Source: an uncultured Gammaproteobacteria bacterium
GTDB lineage: Bacteria; Patescibacteriota; Patescibacteriia; Patescibacteriales; UBA12465
Direction: 5' to 3'
Length of the DNA stretch: 64,000 nucleotides
Assembly (NCBI GenBank): GCA_964570655.1
Contig: CAZMYU010000001.1
Location: forward strand, 65,454 to 129,453
Position 1 is the first letter of the stretch, and the number at the start of each line of letters is the position of its first letter. Positions 35,540 through 43,627 of this stretch are shown piece by piece. The notes under the pieces were generated by a model. That model ran no database searches, was not told the origin of the DNA, and was given only the letters and a program-made list of their open reading frames with translations. The position numbers and the translations under genes are program-made.

Positions 35540-35601
35540 CACTTCGCCTCCGGCTTCGCGGGCCGGGGCCTTTCTTCACTTCGCCTCCGGCTTCGCGGGC
35601 C
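35540..35601 (-). repeat. 25-nt GC-rich direct repeat x2 abutting the tRNA-Leu 5' end
   Basis: CACTTCGCCTCCGGCTTCGCGGGCC at 35540-35564 and 35577-35601. Confidence 0.9.
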
Positions 35602-35613
35602 AAAGCATATCCA

Positions 35614-35859
35614 TTAAATATTTAACAAATGTTTTTTAGTAAAAGCGTAGCCAGAACTTGATTTTAAATAAGATTCAAATTTGTAAGCCAGGCTTATATT
35701 ATAAAAAACACAATACCACTTTAATTTATAGGGTCTCCGACTATTACAATATTTCGACAAACCAGCATTATGCTCCTGAATCCTTCTGATCAAATGATTG
35801 GTGACACCTATATATCGACTGCCATCCCTCCGACTCTCCAATATGTAAACATAATACAT
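35614..35859 (-). CDS. GIY-YIG nuclease family protein (81 aa)
   Basis: MYYVYILESRRDGSRYIGVTNHLIRRIQEHN.. is the canonical GIY..YIG..R..H.N pattern. Confidence 0.8.
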   Translation of the reverse strand: MYYVYILESRRDGSRYIGVTNHLIRRIQEHNAGLSKYCNSRRPYKLKWYCVFYNISLAYKFESYLKSSSGYAFTKKHLLNI

Positions 35860-35902
35860 ATTATTAGAAGAGGGGCTAATAAAAAATAATTAAATTATCT
35901 TG

Positions 35903-36006
35903 TTATTTTAATAATGTGTCCACCACTTCGCCTTTGTGATTCAGACTCTCATTATTTTAATAATGTGCTCGCACCGCGAAGCTCCGAGCTACTGCGAGGA
36001 GCGAAG
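35903..36006 (-). repeat. tmRNA 3' trailer with direct and inverted repeats
   Basis: TTATTTTAATAATGTG occurs twice (35903-35918, 35952-35967). TCCACCACTTCGC (35919-35931) is the exact reverse complement of 36001-36013, which includes the tmRNA 3' end. Confidence 0.85.
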
Positions 36007-36392
36007 TGGTGGAGATGATGGGATTTGAACCCATGTCTAATAAGATCAAAAAAATAGTTCTACAAAAAATAGTTCGATTTGATATTTAACGATTTTCTAG
36101 AAACCGAACAAAAGCGAAAATCGCTAGCCGACTTTGTTTAGATTTCAAAGAGTCAGCGCCCTTGAAATCGATCTCCATAAAATGACACCACTTTAGCTCT
36201 ATGGAGCCTCAGGCCAAGTGATGGTAGCGGCTATTTAAGCGGCTACGGTCGCCATGGCTGGAACCTTCCATGAGAAGGCCAACTTAGACGCAAAGTTTTT
36301 GACATTTTTCAATGTGGATCAGTTTTACGCGGATAATCCAGCGCGTTTTGCGTATTTTTTTGATGAACTCATTATCGAAACCTGTCATCCCC
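36007..36392 (-). ncRNA. ssrA: tmRNA (SsrA)
   Basis: 5' GGGGATGACAGGTTTCGA.. and 3' ..GGGTTCAAATCCCATCATCTCCACCA. Acceptor has G3:U70. Lies 61 nt downstream of smpB on the same strand. Confidence 0.88.
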
Positions 36393-36453
36393 AAAAATTT
36401 TTGCTAAACAAAAATTTTTCCCTAAATACAAACTACAAACTACTAATTAAAAA

Positions 36454-36921
36454 CTAACGACCACTTTTAATTCTTCTTTGGATCTCTCTATTTACTTCTC
36501 GAGTCTTAATTGCTTCCCGTTTATCAGCCCTTTTCCGACCCTTGGCCAAACCAATTTCTAGCTTCAAAAAACTGTTTTTAGTATATATTTTCAACGGAAC
36601 CACTGTCAAGCCAGATTCCTGCGTTTTGCCTACTAAATAATTGATTTCTTTTTTGTTCAACAAGAGTCGCCGTGGATGATCTGGAATATAATCTACTAAA
36701 TGTCCCGCTGACTTATAAGGACTAATATAGGCTTTTATCAAATATGGAACCACTCCACCCTTTTCATTATAAAAACTAATATGCGCTTCTTTCAAACTAA
36801 TATGCCCACCTCGAATTGATTTGGCCTCATGCCCTTTTAAAACCAGGCCGGCTTCATAGGTTGCTAAGATTTCATAATTAAAAAAAGCTTTTCGATTGTC
36901 GGCTATGACTGAATGTTCCAT
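36454..36921 (-). CDS. smpB: SsrA-binding protein SmpB
   Basis: ..IADNRKAFFNYEILATYEAGLVLKGHEAKSIR.., basic C-terminal tail. Confidence 0.95.
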   Translation of the reverse strand: MEHSVIADNRKAFFNYEILATYEAGLVLKGHEAKSIRGGHISLKEAHISFYNEKGGVVPYLIKAYISPYKSAGHLVDYIPDHPRRLLLNKKEINYLVGKTQESGLTVVPLKIYTKNSFLKLEIGLAKGRKRADKREAIKTREVNREIQRRIKSGR

Positions 36922-38192
36922 TCTCTTAATTGTTTAATCACCTTTTGATTGGCCAACATATTACCTAGATAATTGAGATAATGCGGACTGCTAGTAGTTT
37001 TAATGACCTCTTCATTGTCTTTGTACTGAGCTCTTAGTTTTTGGACCTGCTCATCGATCTCTTCAGGAGTAATTTTAATATCATGAACCTTGGCCACTTC
37101 TCTAAGCAGCAAGGCACTCTTCACTCGCTTGACCGCTTGCGGTAAAAACTCTAAAGCCAATTCATTTTTGGTTTTTTTGATACTAGCCAAATAATCTTCA
37201 AAGCGACCACCCTGTTCAGAGATATTATGCTCGAGTTCATGCATCATGGTTTCTGATTCATTATGAATCAAGGTTTCCGGAATATCACCAAACTTAGTAT
37301 TCTCGATCAATTTATCCAGCATAATAATCTCACTTTTTTCTTCGGATTGTTGCTTGAGACGAGCCTCCATATTCTGCCGTAAAAATCCCTCCAAATCTTC
37401 AATTTTTTTAAAACCAAATTGATGACTAAGATTGTCATCCCAAGCCGGAATCTCTCGATTAAAAATATCTTTGATTTTCACCTTAAAAGCTACCAGCTTA
37501 CCAGCCAAATTAGCCTGATGATGATCGCTAGGATAGACCAATTCAAATTCCAGTTCCTGATCTTTTTTGGCATTTAAAAGCTTGGTATCAAAACCCGGGA
37601 CCAAATAATCCTTGCCCATAATAATAGTGACTTCTTGGGCCTGACCGTTTTCTAGGGGAACCTTGTCTTGAAACATTTCGATGCTCACAATTACCTTGTC
37701 GCCATCTTTGACTGGCTCACTAGACAAAGTCTCCTTGGCTCGACTAGTCGTCAATTCGGTTTTGGTTCTAGCAAAATCTTTTTCATCAATTTTGACTTCT
37801 TCTTGTTTGATGCCCAAATCTTTGTAAGTCCCCAAAGTGACCTCGGGCAGAAGAGCAATGATCGCTCGATACTCTAGAGGGTTGCCTGGAGCCATTTTCA
37901 ATACATCAATTTTTGGTCGACCCACTACATCTTTGTCTTTCAAATTTTCATTAACAGCTTTATCAATAGTTTTATAAATCGCAATATTGGCGGCTTCTTC
38001 CAAAATACTCATTTCTCCAATTTTCTGTTTGAGGATATCATAAGGAACTTTGCCAGGTCTAAAACCTTCAATCTTGATAGTCTCAGAAATTTTTTTGACA
38101 GCCTGGTCAACAAAAGGAAGCATCTCTTCTACCGAGAGCTCTACCTTTAATTCCACTTCTGATTTAGCTAATTCTTTTATTTCAACTTTCAT
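36903..38192 (-). CDS. tig: Trigger factor
   Basis: MKVEIKELAKSEVELKVELS..GFRPGKVPYDILKQKIG, 429 aa. Confidence 0.9.
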   Translation of the reverse strand: MKVEIKELAKSEVELKVELSVEEMLPFVDQAVKKISETIKIEGFRPGKVPYDILKQKIGEMSILEEAANIAIYKTIDKAVNENLKDKDVVGRPKIDVLKMAPGNPLEYRAIIALLPEVTLGTYKDLGIKQEEVKIDEKDFARTKTELTTSRAKETLSSEPVKDGDKVIVSIEMFQDKVPLENGQAQEVTIIMGKDYLVPGFDTKLLNAKKDQELEFELVYPSDHHQANLAGKLVAFKVKIKDIFNREIPAWDDNLSHQFGFKKIEDLEGFLRQNMEARLKQQSEEKSEIIMLDKLIENTKFGDIPETLIHNESETMMHELEHNISEQGGRFEDYLASIKKTKNELALEFLPQAVKRVKSALLLREVAKVHDIKITPEEIDEQVQKLRAQYKDNEEVIKTTSSPHYLNYLGNMLANQKVIKQLREWNIQS

Positions 38193-38216
38193 AAAAATAT
38201 TAAAATATTAATTATT

Positions 38217-38359
38217 GACGCCTTAGGAATGTTGGACCAAAAACCATAGCGGATGAGCCCGGCACGGTCCCCCAGAGGGGGCGGGCGAAGGAGCTTTGAG
38301 TGGCCCGAAGTCGCTGGACGAAGGGCCACGTGTTTTTGGGGCAATATTCCTAAGGCGTC
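38217..38359. other. 143-nt GC-rich long hairpin element (structured RNA or MITE-like repeat; unknown)
   Basis: GACGCCTTAGGAAT (38217-38230) pairs with ATTCCTAAGGCGTC (38346-38359). Also paired: CCAAAAAC/GTTTTTGG, and internal hairpins CCCCC-aga-GGGGG and GTGGCCC..GGGCCAC. Confidence 0.7.
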
Positions 38360-38373
38360 TAATTCTTAAATTC

Positions 38374-40368
38374 TTACATTAAAAACGCTACAATAAGCAA
38401 GGCTACGATGTTTAGAATTTTAATCATTGGATTAATGGCTGGGCCAGCAGTATCTTTATAAGGATCACCAACAGTATCACCAGTCACCGCCGCTTTATGA
38501 GCATCACTACCTTTACCACCAAAATGTCCTGATTCAATATATTTTTTAGCATTGTCCCAAGCTCCACCACCAGAAGTCATCGAAACAGCCACAAAAATTC
38601 CAGTAATGATTGAGCCGACCAGGAGTCCACCCAAAGCTGCCACTCCCAAAATCACCCCCACCAAAATTGGCGCTACTACCGGAATAAGAGCGGGCAAAAT
38701 CATTTCTTTGATAGCCGCCTTAGTCACGATATCAACAGTGCGGCCATAATCTGGTTTTTCAGTATTATTCATGATGCCTGGTTTCTCTTTAAATTGAGCG
38801 CGCACATCTTCTACCACCTTACCGGCGGTCTTACCCACCGCTTGCATAGCCAAAGCTCCAAAATAAAACGGCAAAAGACCACCCAAAAATAATCCTACCA
38901 AAACATATGGATCATTAATCAAAAAATAATAAGTTTGACCAGACAAAGCTCCCAGCTGATGAGTATAATCAGCAAACAAAACTAGAGCCGCCAAAGCCGC
39001 GCTACCAATAGCATAACCCTTGGTCACCGCCTTAGTCGTATTACCAACCGCATCCAAAGGATCAGTAATATTGCGCACATCTTCTCCGAGTTCCGCCATT
39101 TCCGCAATGCCTCCAGCATTATCAGTAATTGGACCATAGGCATCAATGGTGACAATAATCCCAGCCATCGATAACATGGCCATCGCTGCCACAGCCACAC
39201 CATAAAGTCCGGCTAGACCATAGGATCCTAAAATAGCTAGAGCAATCACAATCACCGGCCAAGCCGTTGACTTCATTGAGACCGCTAGTCCAGCAATAAT
39301 ATTAGTACCATGACCAGTAGTTGAAGCTTCGGCAATACTTTGAACTGGTTTGAATTTTGTCGAAGTAAAATATTCAGTAATAAACACCAAGAGTCCAGTA
39401 ACACCCAAACCAATTAAAGCGGCTAGGAAAATATTCAGAGTACCATATTGTCCATTGTCTTTCATCAGCCAATCAGTCACAAACCAAAAAGCAATCGCCG
39501 ACAAAACTCCAGCCGCGATAAGTCCTTTATAGAGAGCCTGCATGATGTTTTGTTTTTTTCCAAGTTTAATAAAGAAGATACCGATAATTGAAGCGATAAT
39601 AGAAACCGCTCCTAAGACCAAGGGGAAAATAATAGCCTTGTCCATAGAATCAAACAGCAGTGATCCCAAAACCATCGCCGCCACTAGAGTCACCGCATAA
39701 GTTTCAAACAAGTCAGCTGCCATTCCAGCGCAATCACCCACATTGTCACCAACATTATCAGCAATCACCGCGGGATTACGAGGATCATCTTCGGGGATAT
39801 CTGATTCCACCTTGCCGACGAGATCGGCTCCGACATCAGCCGCTTTAGTATAGATGCCACCACCGAGTCTAGCAAAAATAGAAATCAGCGAACCACCAAA
39901 AGCAAAACCAATCAAGGCTTGCAAATCATGAGTTAGCAAATAAAAAACTGCCGTGCCTAGTAAGGCCAAACCAACCACGAGCATTCCAGTAATACTGCCA
40001 CCTTTCACGGCTACATTTAAAGCCTTGGCCAAACTGGTTTTGGCCGCTTCAGTGGTGCGAACATTAGCGCGCACCGAAATATTCATACCAATATAGCCAG
40101 CTAGCGCCGACAAGACCGCGCCAATAATAAAAGCCACAGCCGTTAGCCAACCCAAAGTCAAAGAAATAATTACCGCTAGGGCCACGGCTACATAAGCCAC
40201 GGTTCGATATTGACGATTCAAAAAAGCTTTGGCACCAGCTTGAATTGCTTTGGCAATGTCTTGCATTTTTTCATTTCCGGCTGGCATTTTCAAAATAGCC
40301 CGAATCACAATAGCTCCATAGACCAGCGCCGCTACCGCGCTGAGAATGATAATGAGATTGATAGTCAT
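38374..40368 (-). CDS. hppA: Membrane-bound proton/sodium-translocating pyrophosphatase
   Basis: 664 aa, polytopic. [50 protein letters not shown]. Confidence 0.95.
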   Translation of the reverse strand: MTINLIIILSAVAALVYGAIVIRAILKMPAGNEKMQDIAKAIQAGAKAFLNRQYRTVAYVAVALAVIISLTLGWLTAVAFIIGAVLSALAGYIGMNISVRANVRTTEAAKTSLAKALNVAVKGGSITGMLVVGLALLGTAVFYLLTHDLQALIGFAFGGSLISIFARLGGGIYTKAADVGADLVGKVESDIPEDDPRNPAVIADNVGDNVGDCAGMAADLFETYAVTLVAAMVLGSLLFDSMDKAIIFPLVLGAVSIIASIIGIFFIKLGKKQNIMQALYKGLIAAGVLSAIAFWFVTDWLMKDNGQYGTLNIFLAALIGLGVTGLLVFITEYFTSTKFKPVQSIAEASTTGHGTNIIAGLAVSMKSTAWPVIVIALAILGSYGLAGLYGVAVAAMAMLSMAGIIVTIDAYGPITDNAGGIAEMAELGEDVRNITDPLDAVGNTTKAVTKGYAIGSAALAALVLFADYTHQLGALSGQTYYFLINDPYVLVGLFLGGLLPFYFGALAMQAVGKTAGKVVEDVRAQFKEKPGIMNNTEKPDYGRTVDIVTKAAIKEMILPALIPVVAPILVGVILGVAALGGLLVGSIITGIFVAVSMTSGGGAWDNAKKYIESGHFGGKGSDAHKAAVTGDTVGDPYKDTAGPAINPMIKILNIVALLIVAFLM

Positions 40369-40393
40369 ACTTAATAAAAATTAGATTAATAAA

Positions 40394-41677
40394 TTATTTA
40401 GAACTCTTCTTGGTAGAAGATTTTTTAGTTTTGGTTTTTTTCTCTTTGCCTTTCGGAGCTTCAACTGGAGATTCTGCTGGAGCTTCTGATTCCCCAGCCT
40501 CTTCTTCAGCTATTTCTGGCATGGCCACATCATCACCGGAAATAATATCAATTTTCCAACCAGTTAATTTGGCGGCTAGCCGAACATTTTGTCCAGCCTT
40601 ACCAATAGCTAATGATAATTTATCAGCCGCGACCTTCACAATCGCCCGATGATCAACATCATTTAAAACCATATTAATCACCTTGGCGGGTGACAAAGCA
40701 TTGGAAATATATTTTTGCGGATCTTCATCATATTGAATAATATCCACTTTTTCACCGCCCAATTCACTAATAATAGTTTGAATTCGACTGCCTCTTTGGC
40801 CGACGCAGGAACCCACTGGATCAATATTTTCCGAATCAGTCGATATAGCCACCTTGGACCGAGAACCAGCTTCACGAGCTACACTCTCAATCTTGACTAG
40901 ACCATTAGCAATTTCTGGAATTTCTAAATAGAAAACTTTTTTCAAAATTTCTTCACTGCGGCGAGACAAAATAATCTCGGCTCCTTTTTGGCCAGAGCGC
41001 ACTTCTTTGACATACACTTTGACTCGACCAGATATGGGATAATTTTCTCCCGGAATCTGTTCTTCAAAAGGCAAAATTCCAATCGCTTTACCCAGGTCCA
41101 CAAAAACTAAACGACCTTCCTGACGCTGAACAATTCCGGAAATAACTTCATGCTCTTTATCTTTGAATTCATTAAAGACCATGTCTCGCTCTACTTCTCG
41201 TAATTTCTGAATAATTACCTGTTTGGCAGTTTGAGCGGCCATGCGACCGTAATCTCCAGGCTCATCTAATTCCATAATAATTTCGTCACCGATTTTAGCA
41301 TCAGGTTTTATCAGGACAGCATCTTTTATTTGTAGCTCTGTTTTGGGATTGAATCTCTTTCTCTCTTCGCCTCCTTCTTCTGTTTCTAAATTTTCCTGAT
41401 GATAATAATTTTCTCTAAAAGGCTGTTCTTTATGATTTATCTCCGGCTCTTCTTCTATTAACATATCTTCCGGCAAATCCTCGACCACGGTTTTGACATC
41501 AAAAATCTTAGAATGACCCGTTTCCGGATTAAACTTTACTTTGATATTTTGATTTTTTTGACCAAAATCCTTACGATAAGCCGCAGCTAGAGCCAATTCA
41601 ATAGTGGCTAGCACAGCGTCGTAATCGAGTTTCTTTTCCTCACAGATTTGTTTGATCGCACTTGATATTTCGGACAT
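40394..41677 (-). CDS. nusA: Transcription termination/antitermination factor NusA (Lys-rich C-terminal tail)
   Basis: S1 domain plus two KH domains (VGSCVGQRGSRIQ, AIGKAGQNVRLA). Confidence 0.95.
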   Translation of the reverse strand: MSEISSAIKQICEEKKLDYDAVLATIELALAAAYRKDFGQKNQNIKVKFNPETGHSKIFDVKTVVEDLPEDMLIEEEPEINHKEQPFRENYYHQENLETEEGGEERKRFNPKTELQIKDAVLIKPDAKIGDEIIMELDEPGDYGRMAAQTAKQVIIQKLREVERDMVFNEFKDKEHEVISGIVQRQEGRLVFVDLGKAIGILPFEEQIPGENYPISGRVKVYVKEVRSGQKGAEIILSRRSEEILKKVFYLEIPEIANGLVKIESVAREAGSRSKVAISTDSENIDPVGSCVGQRGSRIQTIISELGGEKVDIIQYDEDPQKYISNALSPAKVINMVLNDVDHRAIVKVAADKLSLAIGKAGQNVRLAAKLTGWKIDIISGDDVAMPEIAEEEAGESEAPAESPVEAPKGKEKKTKTKKSSTKKSSK

Positions 41678-41683
41678 AAATTT

Positions 41684-41759
41684 AGTAGTTAGTAGTTAGT
41701 AATTAGCGCATGGAGTCTATTTGGACTATAACCCAAAACCCTAAGTACAAATTACTCAC
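41684..41759. repeat. AT-rich imperfect-palindrome element (copy Y)
   Basis: AGTAGTTAGTAGTTAGTAATTAGcgCATGGAG..CCCAAAAccCTAAgTACAAAtTACTCAC. Homolog of 16643-16731. Confidence 0.6.
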
Positions 41760-41867
41760 ACACACCCTCACTCTAAATTAATTATTTAAAAGGGCTAATT
41801 GTTATTATCAACAATTAGCCTATCTCTAATATAATACAATTCTTGGAATAGTTCAAGGGTGCTTTTT

Positions 41868-41943
41868 GGGGTCAGACCCCAGACAATTTTTATTAAAAAA
41901 TAAGGCGTTTTTATATGACCACCAAAAAATGGGGTCAGACCCC
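41868..41943. repeat. REP doublet, copy B
   Basis: GGGGTCAGACCCC at 41868-41880 and 41931-41943. 68/76 identical to 21620-21695. Confidence 0.9.
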
Positions 41944-41951
41944 GATTTGTC

Positions 41952-41980
41952 TTGACATATTTCAAGATATATGCTATACT
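41952..41980 (+). promoter_or_regulatory. Near-consensus sigma70 promoter (TTGACA-17-TATACT)
   Basis: TTGACA 41952-41957, 17-nt spacer ending ..gatatatgc, TATACT 41975-41980. Confidence 0.6.
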
Positions 41981-42110
41981 TATGAGTATCAGAATTGATC
42001 TTTGACATAGTTAATTTAAGGGGAAAATTTAATTATCCGCTAGGAGTTTAAAGGAAATTTGAACTTCAGGCGGATAATTAATATTTTAGACAACCTTAAA
42101 TTTAGAACGA

Positions 42111-42518
42111 ATGAAGACATTAAATGCAATCCACACAGTGTTAAAAATGGCAGTTATTATAACTATCACAGTTATTTTACACCTTGCAATTACCCAATTT
42201 ATCGGTCTGGCCAATTTCTACGCCTACGCCGGAATGATCCTCGTTATACCGATCATAATCCACCTCATCAACCGGGATAAAAATGCTTGGCATGCGCTTG
42301 TTTTACTGCTAACATCCCTTATTAATAGTACTTGGCTTTGTATCTTCTCCTGGAACAACCTGTATTCCTGGATATACCGGGAAGACTCCTGGCTGGACAG
42401 AAAGCCGATAAACGGTATGACGACTATCGCGGTACTAATTGCTCTTATCACCCTGATTGACATCGTTAAAAGGCTAAAACACCGCAATAAACAAAAGACC
42501 GAAGAAGCCAAAAACTAA
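42111..42518 (+). CDS. Small polytopic membrane protein (135 aa), hypothetical
   Basis: 4 predicted TM helices and a basic C-terminal tail. Preceded by a promoter and followed by a terminator. Confidence 0.6.
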   Translation: MKTLNAIHTVLKMAVIITITVILHLAITQFIGLANFYAYAGMILVIPIIIHLINRDKNAWHALVLLLTSLINSTWLCIFSWNNLYSWIYREDSWLDRKPINGMTTIAVLIALITLIDIVKRLKHRNKQKTEEAKN

Positions 42519-42528
42519 CGTTCCTTAT

Positions 42529-42570
42529 AAAAAGCCGGCTGTTAATAAGACAGCCGGTTTTTCGTTTTAA
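42529..42570. terminator. Bidirectional intrinsic terminator
   Basis: aaaaGCCGGCTG-ttaataaga-CAGCCGGTttttcgtttt. Confidence 0.8.
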
Positions 42571-42582
42571 AATCAGGTTTTA

Positions 42583-43617
42583 TTAAAAATTCAAATCATT
42601 CTTGAGCCGAATCACCATGTCATCAATTCTAGATAATCGCTGAGCATCACGATGAACGGCCCCACTCATCAGTAGATAAGTAATAGTCCGAAGTTCAGTC
42701 CAATTAAAATAATTATTAATCCGCACTCTAAGGGCATCATCTAATATTTCACTAGAATTTTTAAAATAATTATCCAAAAAAGATTTCTTCATCTGCTCTA
42801 CAAAATCTTTGTCGAGCCTAGCCTTAGAAGACATGTATTCAAATTGTTTTAGAAAACACCCTAGGTCCCGAGCAAAGTCAGCCAATGATAAATCAGTAAA
42901 ATCTATGAGCGCTAGTTTTTGATGGCCGACATGAATAATATTTTCCGGATGAGCATCCCCGTGAATAAGCCATCTCTGATTAGTGCTTTTAAAAAATGCT
43001 TCTTCTTGCGAGACAAAAAAATCATAAGCCTGCTGATAAAAACCAGCGTAATGCGGATAATGAATTTTGATACTATCCAAAATTTCCTCTCGGCCAGGCA
43101 CTGCCGTAGCAATTCGACTATTTAAAATATTAAAATTGAAGCTGCCTATATTTTTTAAAGAATGGAGCTTATTAAACCACTGAGCCGACAGAGGCACAAT
43201 GCGACTAATTTCTTCGTGGTCTTTATTCATCATATAAAAACGCAGATTTTCGCCCTCTGCTCCCCGATAAAAAAACCCATTCAGATACTCATCAAAAAAT
43301 AGAGGTCGAGGAATGGTTAGATCGCCTTGATTGAAACTATGTTGCCACAGATAACTGAGCACTTGATAGGCCTGCTCTCTAGGTTCACTGCTATGAGCCG
43401 AACAAAAAATCGGCATCCGATAAACCCGATTTTTATCAGTCACAAAATAAGTTCGCAGCTCCACCACCACATGATAAGTGGTTTCCCAAATTAGTTTTTT
43501 ATGAGGAATAATTTCTACCCGCCGAACACTTTTAAAATTAGGATAAAGTGGCAGGACTCGCTTTTTTAGCAAGGCCAAGGCATATTTTTCATCAAACAAT
43601 TTATAAATCCGATTCAT
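42583..43617 (-). CDS. Aminoglycoside-phosphotransferase/choline-kinase-fold kinase (substrate unknown)
   Basis: LIHGDAHPENIIH (Brenner HGDxxxxN) and ALIDFTDL (DFxxx). Confidence 0.75.
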   Translation of the reverse strand: MNRIYKLFDEKYALALLKKRVLPLYPNFKSVRRVEIIPHKKLIWETTYHVVVELRTYFVTDKNRVYRMPIFCSAHSSEPREQAYQVLSYLWQHSFNQGDLTIPRPLFFDEYLNGFFYRGAEGENLRFYMMNKDHEEISRIVPLSAQWFNKLHSLKNIGSFNFNILNSRIATAVPGREEILDSIKIHYPHYAGFYQQAYDFFVSQEEAFFKSTNQRWLIHGDAHPENIIHVGHQKLALIDFTDLSLADFARDLGCFLKQFEYMSSKARLDKDFVEQMKKSFLDNYFKNSSEILDDALRVRINNYFNWTELRTITYLLMSGAVHRDAQRLSRIDDMVIRLKNDLNF

Positions 43618-43627
43618 ATTAAATATT

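Noticed and set aside
35454-35639. 61-aa plus-strand ORF (..PPPRPTSPPASRAG..)
   Set aside because: It reads through tRNA-Leu and the 25-nt GC-rich direct repeats. The low-complexity Pro/Arg/Ala translation is a repeat artefact.
36254-36457. 67-aa plus-strand ORF from the track
   Set aside because: It is antisense to, and contained within, the tmRNA gene (36007-36392).
42059-42280. 73-aa plus-strand ORF overlapping the 42111 gene in another frame
   Set aside because: It has a non-ATG start inside the leader hairpin and an Asn/Tyr/Arg-rich composition. The 135-aa TM-rich frame is the better coding candidate.
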